Source of the DNA: Candidatus Limnocylindrales bacterium
Lineage (GTDB): Bacteria > Chloroflexota > Limnocylindria > Limnocylindrales > CSP1-4
Reading direction: 5' to 3'
NCBI GenBank assembly: GCA_036274475.1
Contig: DASUFO010000035.1
Location: 6,655-70,654 of the forward strand
Length of the DNA: 64,000 bases
This document shows positions 15,672 to 24,700 of this stretch, piece after piece. A program made the translations under genes and the position numbers. Under the pieces are notes generated by a model. The model was not told the DNA's origin and did not search any database. It saw only the letters and a list, made by a program, of their open reading frames with translations. Numbering within the stretch: position 1 is the first letter of the stretch; each line of letters starts with the position of its first letter.

Positions 15672-17572
15672 TGGCCAAGCTGAGCGCCATCCTCCCCAAG
15701 CTCGGCGTCTTCCTCGTCGCGACGATCGTCGGCGCCTCGATCGCGTACGTCGTGGCGGCCGCGGCCAACCGGCCGCAGCTCGAGCCGACCGCCGGAACCG
15801 CCCCCGAGTACGTCCTCACCGCCGAAAACGGAGCGGGGCCGGGCCAGATCGCCGCGTTCGACCTGATCGACGCCCAACAGGACCCGACGTTGATCACCGG
15901 GATCTCGGACGACGACCTCGGCGCCGCGTCCGAGGCGCTCCTCGACGACTCCCCGCCGCCCGGGACGACGCCGCTGGGCTTCCCGCGCGTCCCGCTCGTG
16001 AGCCAGTTCGACGGCGGCCCGTTCCAGAACGCCAACTGCACGCTCGCGTCGGGCGCGATGCTGGCACGACTCGCGTTCGGGATCGTCACGAGCGGTTCGA
16101 TCCTGCGGACGCTCCAGTTCGACCAGGACGGCGGCACGGACCTCCACGACCTCAACACCGCGGTATTCCGGGGCTATGGCGTGAAGTTCAACCTCGGCGC
16201 GTTGCTGCCGGACCAGATGATGGGGCTGAGCCTGAAGGGCTACGGGATCGTGATCCAGGGCAACACGAAGGCGCTCAACGCGAAGGTGCGGTTCGGCTCG
16301 TTCCAGGGACCCCATGCCGTCTACATCGACGGTGCCTGGGAGGGCGATGCCGACTCGCCGGCCGCGTACTGGGTGATCGACCCCCAGGGCCGCGGCAACT
16401 ACAACGGTGGCTGGTGGCCCGCCGACGAGGTCGAGAAGTTCGCCCGGTCGTTCAGCGGGTCCGATCGGATCGCGGCTGCCTGGGCGTTCCCGCCCGGTGG
16501 CGTGCCGCCCGAGGTCGTGCCACCGGACCTGCCGCCGCTGCCGGGGGGCGAGCCCGAGGACTCCCCGCCGCCCGCGGCGGCCTCGCCGACGCCGATCCCG
16601 AGCGGCGGCCTCGACGAGGGCGTCGAGCCCGGTGACGAGCCCGAGACGCCGCCGCCGGTCGTTGGCGACCCGCCGGTCCTCGAGCCGACGGAGGTCGGCG
16701 GCGTCGACGTCGACCCGGACCTGACGGTATGCCTCGTGGACCCGCCGCCGGACGGCTGTCCCGACGGAATCGAAGGCGTGTTCGACAAGGACCCACCGAT
16801 TCTTCAAATCGACTTCGGGCCTGACATCGAGGTGATCGGCGTCGATTCGAGCGCCTTCAACGTGGCCCTCGTCGCGTTCCGGATCGACCATCCCGCACCG
16901 GTCGACGTGAAGTACTGGCAGTCGGACGGTTCGCCGCCGGTGATCACCGGCGCCTCGTCAATCGCCGCGCTCGACATCGGCGGGCAGCCCGGCTTTGTCG
17001 CGCGCCTCGACGTCCTCGCCGGGACGGAGTACCACTTCCAGGTCGCCGCCGGCGACGGTCTGTTCGTGAGCACGAGCGACGTGGGCACGTTCACGACGGG
17101 CTCGGGCGTGAGCGCCTTCGAGGTCACGCTCGCGTCGAATGCCAGCCCGAAGTTCGGGACCGTCACCGGGTTCACGCCGTATCTTCAGCTCGCCCCGGAC
17201 AGCGTCGCGCCGCCGCTCATGAAGTTCACCGACGTGACGCCCGACATCTGCCTGATCGTCATCGACTTCGGCGGCGACGACTACTGCGAGACGAAGGAGC
17301 CACCGCCGGACGCCGCCTGCGTGAGTGCCCACGTCACGTACGAGCTGCAGGGCATCACCAACACGAGCGTCCTCGTGACCGCGTTCCCGACCGAGTCGGG
17401 CGTGTCCGACGGCGCGCCAACGGTCGATGGCATCCTCGAGGCGGAGGGTCCGGCCGACACCGGCGCGGTCACCGTCGGCTGCCTCGCATCCGGGCTCACG
17501 TACACGATCGCGCTCCAGGCGATCGGTCACGACGGCGGCATCCTCGCGAGCAAGCAGGTCGACGTGCCGTAG
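15671..17572 (+). CDS. Membrane-anchored protein with a C39-like (papain-fold) cysteine peptidase-like domain, Pro-rich linker and C-terminal beta-rich domains.
   Basis: Its ATG shares one nt with the previous TGA (TGATG). N-terminal TM segment: LGVFLVATIVGASIAYVVAAAA. Candidate catalytic residues: VSQFDGGPFQNANCTLASGAMLARL (Cys) and FQGPHAVYIDG (His), by motif resemblance only. Confidence 0.6.
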   Translation: MAKLSAILPKLGVFLVATIVGASIAYVVAAAANRPQLEPTAGTAPEYVLTAENGAGPGQIAAFDLIDAQQDPTLITGISDDDLGAASEALLDDSPPPGTTPLGFPRVPLVSQFDGGPFQNANCTLASGAMLARLAFGIVTSGSILRTLQFDQDGGTDLHDLNTAVFRGYGVKFNLGALLPDQMMGLSLKGYGIVIQGNTKALNAKVRFGSFQGPHAVYIDGAWEGDADSPAAYWVIDPQGRGNYNGGWWPADEVEKFARSFSGSDRIAAAWAFPPGGVPPEVVPPDLPPLPGGEPEDSPPPAAASPTPIPSGGLDEGVEPGDEPETPPPVVGDPPVLEPTEVGGVDVDPDLTVCLVDPPPDGCPDGIEGVFDKDPPILQIDFGPDIEVIGVDSSAFNVALVAFRIDHPAPVDVKYWQSDGSPPVITGASSIAALDIGGQPGFVARLDVLAGTEYHFQVAAGDGLFVSTSDVGTFTTGSGVSAFEVTLASNASPKFGTVTGFTPYLQLAPDSVAPPLMKFTDVTPDICLIVIDFGGDDYCETKEPPPDAACVSAHVTYELQGITNTSVLVTAFPTESGVSDGAPTVDGILEAEGPADTGAVTVGCLASGLTYTIALQAIGHDGGILASKQVDVP

Positions 17573-17600
17573 CGGCCCGCCCCGCCGTCGGGCGCCCTCC

Positions 17601-19007
17601 ATGGGCTTCGACCGGCCGCAGCGAATAGACTGGTCGAAGATGCCACCGCTGCCCGATCCCGCGCCCGAGGGTCGGCATCGCGTGCTCATCGTCGGCGGCG
17701 GGTTTGGCGGCCTGTATGCCGCCAAGACGCTGAGTCGCGACAAGCGGATCGAGCTGACGCTCGTCGACCGGCGCAACTTCCACCTCTTCCAGCCGCTGCT
17801 GTACCAGGTCGCAACCGGTGCCCTGAGCCCGGGCGAGATCGCGCAGCCGCTGCGCTCGGTCTTCCGGCGTCAGAAGCACACGACCGTGCTGCTCGGCGAG
17901 GCGATCGGCCTCGATCCCGACAAGCGCGAGGTCCAGATGTCGGACGGCGGCCCGATCCCGTACGACACGCTGATCGTCGCCGCCGGCGCGCACTTCGCCT
18001 ATTTCGGTCACGACGACTGGGCCAACAACGCGCCCGGATTGAAGTCGCTCGACGACGCGCTCGAGATCCGGCGGCGAATCCTGATCGCGTTCGAGGCGGC
18101 CGAACGCGAGCACGACCCCGGGCGTCGGCAGGAATGGATGACGTTCGTCGTCGTCGGCGGCGGTCCCACGGGCGTGGAGCTGGCCGGCGCTCTCGGCGAG
18201 ATCGCAAACGACACGTTGAAGCGCGACTTCCGCTCGATCGACCCCTCGCAAGCGCGGATCGTCCTCGTCGAGGCGATGGACCGGATCCTGCCGCCGTACC
18301 CGCCGGATCGATCGGCGTCGGCGAAGCGGCAGCTGGAGCGGCTCGGCGTCGACGTCCGGACCGGAACGAGGGTCGTCCACATCGACGAGCTCTGCGTCAA
18401 GGTCGCGATCGGGGACCGCGAAGAGCGCTGGCCCGCACGGACGGTCCTGTGGGCCGCCGGCGTCGAGGTAGCGATCTTCGTGTCAGCGGTGGCCAGGGCG
18501 ACCGGCGCCGAGCAGGATCGGGCCGGTCGGGTCCGTGTCGGGCCGGACCTCACGATCCCGGGCCATCCCGAGATCTTCGTCGTGGGCGATGCCGCGGTCC
18601 AGCCCTGGCAGCCCGACCGACCGACACCCGGCGTCGCGCAGGGCGCGATCCAGGGCGGCTCGTACGCGTCGTGGGTGATCCGACGACGGCTGTCGGGGCG
18701 CCCCACGCAGCCGTTCCGCTATTCGAATCACGGCGACGTCGCGATCATCGGCCGGCTCGCCGGCGTGACCGACATCCCGTGGCTGGGTCCATTCGGCCGC
18801 CAGGGTGGCTTCCTGGCCTGGGCGCTGTGGCTGCTGATCCACATCGCGTTCCTGATCGGCTACGCGAACCGGGTCGTCGTCGTCACCCGGTGGGCCTGGT
18901 CGTTCTTCACCCACGGCCGCGGCTCGCGGCTGATCACGGGCGATCCGCTCCTGCCCCCGATCGAGGAGCCGGAGCCGCCCGCCTCGGGCCATCACGGGCA
19001 CACCTGA
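17601..19007 (+). CDS. ndh: Type II NADH:quinone oxidoreductase (NDH-2).
   Basis: The track ORF is over-extended; ATG at 17601 (alternative 17640). Dinucleotide-binding motifs [17 protein letters not shown] and [15 protein letters not shown], plus IFVVGDAA, are typical of NDH-2. Confidence 0.9.
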   Translation: MGFDRPQRIDWSKMPPLPDPAPEGRHRVLIVGGGFGGLYAAKTLSRDKRIELTLVDRRNFHLFQPLLYQVATGALSPGEIAQPLRSVFRRQKHTTVLLGEAIGLDPDKREVQMSDGGPIPYDTLIVAAGAHFAYFGHDDWANNAPGLKSLDDALEIRRRILIAFEAAEREHDPGRRQEWMTFVVVGGGPTGVELAGALGEIANDTLKRDFRSIDPSQARIVLVEAMDRILPPYPPDRSASAKRQLERLGVDVRTGTRVVHIDELCVKVAIGDREERWPARTVLWAAGVEVAIFVSAVARATGAEQDRAGRVRVGPDLTIPGHPEIFVVGDAAVQPWQPDRPTPGVAQGAIQGGSYASWVIRRRLSGRPTQPFRYSNHGDVAIIGRLAGVTDIPWLGPFGRQGGFLAWALWLLIHIAFLIGYANRVVVVTRWAWSFFTHGRGSRLITGDPLLPPIEEPEPPASGHHGHT

Positions 19008-19084
19008 CCCGCGACGACGCTCAGTCCGTCTTCCGTGCAGCCGGCTCGGCGCCCGCGGTCGTCCCGGGGCTATGCTCGTCCGCG

Positions 19085-19936
19085 ATGGCTGAGCGCGCGG
19101 AGCGGCCGGATGCGGACCGCGAGTACCTCGACTACGCGACGTACCTCGGCCTCGACACGCTGCTCGCCGCTCAGCGGCCGCTCAGCGATCCACCGCACCA
19201 CGACGAGCTGCTGTTCATCGTTCAGCACCAGACGACGGAGCTCTGGTTCAAGCTGATGCTCCACGAGCTGCGGGCGGCGACGAGGCTCGTTCGCGACGAC
19301 GATCTCGAGGGCAGCTTCAAGATCCTCGCCCGGGTCAAGCACATCCAGACCCAGCTGCTGACCCAGTGGAGCGTTCTCGAGACGCTCACGCCCACCGAGT
19401 ACGCCCAGTTCCGCTACGTCCTCGGCCCGGCGTCCGGGTTCCAGTCCCACCAGAACCGCCTGATCGAGATCGCCCTCGGCAAGCGCGACCGTCGCACCCT
19501 CGAGAGCTTTCGCCACGCGCCCGCGATCCGCGACGAGCTGGAACACGCGCTCCACGAGCCAAGCCTCTACGACGAGTTCCTGCGCTGGCTGGCGCGGCGC
19601 GGCTTCGCGGTGCCCGCGGACGTCCTCGAGCGGGACGTCGCGGAGCCGTACGTTTCCAACGCGGCCGTCACCGGGGTGATGGTCGAGATCTACGAAGCGC
19701 CGGCCGGCTCCTGGGACGCCTACGAGATGGCCGAGAAGCTCGTGGACGTCGACGAGACGTACTCGCTCTGGCGGTACCGGCATCTCAAGGTCGTGATGCG
19801 GATCATCGGCCAGAAGCGCGGGACCGGCGGGACGGCCGGCGCGGGCTACCTCCGGGGCCTGATCGACGAGGTCTTCTTCCCGGAGCTGTGGGAGGCCCGG
19901 ACGGCGCTCCGCGAGCGGCAGGCCGCTCGTCGGTGA
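19085..19936 (+). CDS. kynA: Tryptophan 2,3-dioxygenase.
   Basis: The ATG at 19085 lies within over-extended track ORF 18134..19936. Sequence: [48 protein letters not shown]...[22 protein letters not shown] is the TDO signature. Confidence 0.9.
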   Translation: MAERAERPDADREYLDYATYLGLDTLLAAQRPLSDPPHHDELLFIVQHQTTELWFKLMLHELRAATRLVRDDDLEGSFKILARVKHIQTQLLTQWSVLETLTPTEYAQFRYVLGPASGFQSHQNRLIEIALGKRDRRTLESFRHAPAIRDELEHALHEPSLYDEFLRWLARRGFAVPADVLERDVAEPYVSNAAVTGVMVEIYEAPAGSWDAYEMAEKLVDVDETYSLWRYRHLKVVMRIIGQKRGTGGTAGAGYLRGLIDEVFFPELWEARTALRERQAARR

Positions 19937-20391
19937 CCGACGCCCCGCCGCTCCGTCCGACATGGGCGGGAATCCTCAAGTTCGCGCTGTTCTACGCGTC
20001 GTTCATCGCGATCCCGATCGGGATCACGTTCCTCGCGATCGAGGGCGTGTCCGCCCAGGTCCTGGTCGGTGTCGTGGGTGGGTACCTCGTCGCCGCCGTC
20101 GCCTTTGCCGCGCTGGTCGCCTCGGGTCTTTACGGCCTGACGCCTACGGACGCCGGCCTCCGATCTGGACGGCGCCGGTCCCGCGTGCTGGCGTGGTCGG
20201 AGATCGACCGCATCGAGACCGGCACGTTCCTCGGCCGGGAGATCTGGGTCCGCGTCCTCGGCCATCCCGACGGACGCGGAAAGCCAGCCGTGCTCGCCGT
20301 CTTCCCGGGGTTCCTGTACGGCATGTCGCCGTCGGAGTTTCGCGATTATCTCCTCACGTACCGGAGCCGCCGAACCGGATCACCGACCTGA
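19933..20391 (+). CDS. Small membrane protein (2-3 TM segments plus a PH-like C-terminal region), hypothetical.
   Basis: GTG at 19933 overlaps the kynA TGA (GTGA). Sequence: [57 protein letters not shown]. Its 3' end overlaps the convergent ADH gene by 38 nt. Confidence 0.55.
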   Translation: MTDAPPLRPTWAGILKFALFYASFIAIPIGITFLAIEGVSAQVLVGVVGGYLVAAVAFAALVASGLYGLTPTDAGLRSGRRRSRVLAWSEIDRIETGTFLGREIWVRVLGHPDGRGKPAVLAVFPGFLYGMSPSEFRDYLLTYRSRRTGSPT

Positions 20392-21514
20392 CGCCTTCGC
20401 CCCGTCGCATCCGGTCGAAGGCGTCCTCGAGTCCGTCGAGCCCGATCGACGCGGTGACCAGGCGATCGATCGGCAGCCGGCCCTCGAGGAACAGCGCCGC
20501 GTAGCGCGGGAAGTCAACTGCCGGTTCCGCTGAGCCGTAATTCGAGCCGACGATCCGCCGCGCACCGTCGACGAAGGGGAATACCTCGAACGACGCCCGC
20601 GCCCCGACGGGCGTCATCCCGACGAGCAGCGCCGTTCCGCCGGTCGGCAGGCCGGCGATCGCGATCTCGACGGTCGCAGGCAGCCCGATCGCCTCGACGC
20701 AGACATCGGGCCCACCGTCCGTGGCGGCGCGGATTGCGGCGACGGTCCTCGCCACGTCGTCGCCGGCGAGGACACTGTCGGTCGCGCCCACCGCCCTTGC
20801 CAGCTCGAGCTTGGCCGGGACGCGGTCGACCGCGACGACCCGCCCTGCGCCCGCGAGCGCGGCGCCCATGACGGCCGACAGCCCCACGCCGCCGAGCCCG
20901 ATGACGGCCACGCTCGACCCGGGCTCCACGGGGAGCGTCTTCGTCACCGCTCCGACGCCCGTCGCAACGCAGCAGCCGATGAGCGCCGCGACCTCCGGCG
21001 GCGTGCCCTCCGGCATCGCGATCGCGGCTGCGGCCGGGACGACCTGGGCCGACGCCATCGTCCCGATCGCGCAGTAGCTGAGGACGTCGCCGCCGCTCGC
21101 CCGCGCCAGCCGCGACGTCCCGTCGAGCATGCGGTGGCGGTACGACGGCGACTCGGCGCACTCCCAGACGCGCCCGGAAAGGCAGGCGCGACACGAGCCG
21201 CAGGGAATGAGCCACGAGAGCGCGACCAGCCGACCCACGTCGAGCCCGGTCGCCGCCGCGTCCACCCCCGGCCCAATCGCCTCCACCCAGCCCGCGCCCT
21301 CGTGGCCCATCACGATCGGGCCCGGCCGATCCCACTCGCCGTCGCGGACGTGGAGATCGGAGTGGCAGACGCCGGACGCGGCCATCCGAACGAGGACTTC
21401 GCCCTCGCGTGGTCCATCGAGCGTCAGCTCTTCGATCCGCGGCGCGCTCCCCGGTCGCTCCAGCACGGCAGCTCGGATCGTCCGGGGGAGGGTTGACGAC
21501 ACGGCAGCGAGCAT
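20354..21514 (-). CDS. Zn-dependent alcohol dehydrogenase (MDR family, class III-like).
   Basis: Motifs GVCHSDLHVRDG, MGHEGAGWVEAIG, CGSCRAC and VIGLGGVGLS. Confidence 0.9.
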   Translation of the reverse strand: MLAAVSSTLPRTIRAAVLERPGSAPRIEELTLDGPREGEVLVRMAASGVCHSDLHVRDGEWDRPGPIVMGHEGAGWVEAIGPGVDAAATGLDVGRLVALSWLIPCGSCRACLSGRVWECAESPSYRHRMLDGTSRLARASGGDVLSYCAIGTMASAQVVPAAAAIAMPEGTPPEVAALIGCCVATGVGAVTKTLPVEPGSSVAVIGLGGVGLSAVMGAALAGAGRVVAVDRVPAKLELARAVGATDSVLAGDDVARTVAAIRAATDGGPDVCVEAIGLPATVEIAIAGLPTGGTALLVGMTPVGARASFEVFPFVDGARRIVGSNYGSAEPAVDFPRYAALFLEGRLPIDRLVTASIGLDGLEDAFDRMRRGEGVRSVIRFGGSGT

Positions 21515-21711
21515 ACCGGCGAGGCCGCCCCAATGGACAACCGGATATCACGCCGGAAACACCCGGGTGATTCCGTGCGAAAACGAGATACATCGGCGAT
21601 ATGGGCGCTGTACAGTGCGGGTCCTGCCGCTTCGTCGTGGTACGCCCGGTCGCCCAGAGGGTCCAACAGGAGGGACGGTCGACCGGTTCGTCAGTCAGGA
21701 GGGTTCTGGCG

Positions 21712-24700
21712 ATGCCTCGTCGCGCGCTCGCGGTCGTTGCCGCGATTCTGTTGGTGGTGGGTCAGGCCCAGTCCGCCCTTGCCGGCGCGGCGGCCGCCCG
21801 CGGAACCGGAGGACCGGCGGCATCCGCGCCGATCGGCAAGGGCCTCCTCGAAGCGCTCGACGCGAAGACCGCCGACAAGTTCGTCGTCGAGTTCGCGTCG
21901 AAGGCGGATCTCCGCGCGCCTTCGAAGGTCACCGGTCACGCCGCTCGCGGCAAGGCGGTCATGGATGCGCTCAAGACGAACGCCGGCCGGGCGCAGGCCG
22001 AGGGCCTGGCGCTCGCCAAGCGGAACGGCGCCAGGGCGACCAGCTTCTGGCTCGTCAACGAGATGGTCGTTCAGGGCGATTCCAGGCTCGCTAAGGCCTT
22101 TGCCCAGCTCCGGGGCGTGACGAGCGTCCGGGCGGTCAAGGAATACCCGCTCGTCAAGCCCGTGGAGATGAAGCCCGCGGACACGACGCCGCCGGGCGGC
22201 GGCTCCGAGTGGGGCATCGAGAAGATCCGGGCGCCCGAGGCGTGGGACGAGGGGATCCTCGGCCAGGGCGTGGTCGTCGGCAGCGTCGACACCGGTGTCG
22301 ACTTCACCCACCCGGCGATCGTGAACCAGTACCGGGGCAACAACGGCGACGGTTCGTTCTCCCATGACTACAACTGGTGGGACCCGACCGGCATCTGCGG
22401 CGACGAGCCGTGCGACAACGCCGGCCACGGCACGCACACGATGGGCACGATGGTCGGCGGCGACGGTCCCGGCCCGTTCACGCCCGACGTCGGCGTCGCC
22501 CCGGGCGCACGCTGGATCTCGGCCAAGGGCTGCGAGGACTTCGGCTGTTCCGAGGACGCGCTCCTCTCGTCCGGCCAGTGGATCCTCGCCCCGACGGATC
22601 TGGAGGGCAACAATCCCGATCCGTCGATGCGCCCCGATGTCGTGAACAACTCGTGGGGCAGCGGCCCGGGCGATCCGTTCTACCTCGACATCGTCCAGGG
22701 CTGGCGAGCCGCCGGAATCATCCCGGTCTTCTCGTCGGGCAACCCCGGCCCGTTCTGCGGCGAGGGCGGCTCGCCCGGCGACTTCCTCGAAGTGTTCAGC
22801 GCCGGCGCGACCGACATCGACGACAACATCGCCGACTTCTCCGGCCGCGGCCCGTCGGTCTACGGCAAGGTCAACCCGGACATCAGCGCCCCGGGCGTCG
22901 ACGTCGTTTCGAGCGTCCCCGGAGGCGGCTACGAATCGTTCTCCGGGACGTCGATGGCGGCGCCCCACACGAGCGGCACGATCGCCCTGATCCTGTCCGG
23001 CAAGCCGGTCCTGATCGGCGACCCCAACAACTACACCCCGATCACCGACGCGATCCGCGTTACCGCGGTCGACCGCCTCGACGACTCGTGCGGCGGCGAC
23101 GAGGACGGCGATCCGAACAACGTCTACGGCGACGGCCGGATCGACGCCAAGGAAGCAGTCGACCTGATCGCCTCCGGCGGGACGCTCGCCGGGACCGTCA
23201 CCGACGATGGGACGGACGCCCCGGTCCCGGGCGCCCAGGTCACCGCCCACGGCGGCTTCCGTGACTTCACGGTCACCACGGACAACGACGGCGAGTACCA
23301 GATGTTCCTGGCCGCCGGCACCTACAACGTCAGCGCCGACGCGTTCGGCTACGCGTCCGACATCGCTTCGGACGTCGAGATCGCCGCGGACGAGACCACG
23401 ACCCAGGACTTCGCGCTCGTCGCGCTGCCCCGGTTCAAGGTCCGCGGCCACGTCCGGAACGCCGAGACGGCGGCCGTGATCCGGTACGCGACCGTGACAG
23501 CGATCGGAACGCCGGTCCCGGCAGCGGTCGCCGACACCGGCGGCTTCTATCAGCTGACGCTGCCCGTCGGTACGTACACCCTTCGGGCGAACGCCGGCGG
23601 GTGCACCGAGAGCGGCGTCGTCGACGGCGTGCAGATCGTGAACAAGAACGTCACCCAGGACTTCGCCCTGGGACGCAAGCTTGATGCGTTCGGTCACGGC
23701 TGCCGCCCAATTGCATTCAACTGGACGGACGCGAAGACCGACACGGCGCTCTTCGGCGACGACTTCGCCGGGCGGCTCAAGCTGCCCTTCGCGTTCAAGT
23801 TCTACGGCGAGTCGTACACCCAGCTCTTCATCTCCGACAACGGCTACCTCACGTTCGGTGGACCCGACCAGTTCAACCCGTTCCCGACGTCGATTCCGTC
23901 GGACGATCCGCCGAACGCCGCGATCTATCCGCTCTGGCGCGACCTGTTCCTCGGCGACACGAGTCAGGTCGCCTACAACCTCACGGGCCTCGTGGGTGCC
24001 CGCAAATACACCGTCGAGTTCACGGACGTCGGCGTTCGCGGCAGCAAGGACACGGTCGATTTCGAGGTCAAGCTCTACGAGACGGGCGAGCGCCTCGACA
24101 TCCTCTATGGCAATAACCCGGCAAATCCCGGCGACGGCCGGGGGGCCACGATCGGAATCGAGAACGCCGACGGCACGGACGCCCTCGAGTTCTCGTTCTC
24201 CGACTCGCTCCTGACGCCCAACAGTGCGTTCCGCTACGAACCGATGCCGTCGGGCATCATCCGCGGCACGATCCGCGACGAGAACGACCTCGAGCCGATC
24301 AAGGGCGCGACCGTGAAAGCCGTGCCTGGCCTCGCATCGACGACGACGGCCGCCGACGGCACGTACTCGCTGCGCGTCTACCCGGGCACCTACCAGGTCT
24401 CGTACCAGGCCCAGGGCTACAAGTCCGAAACCATCTCCGTCCCCGTCCCCGATGGCGTTGTGCGCGTTCGAAACCGGACGCTCGCAGCACCGATTCCCAC
24501 GGCCGATCCGCCATCGGTCGAGGTCGAGCTCGACTACGGTGCCGATCCGGTCACCCGGGCGCTGACGCTCGGCAATGACGGCGGTGCACCCCTTGTCTTC
24601 GAGGCCAAGGAACGCAGCCGCGGCTCGTCGGCACCGCCGCTCCCCGGCGGCGAGGTCGCCGGGACGGGTGTCTTCAGCCAGGACGTCAAGGCATCGGTCG

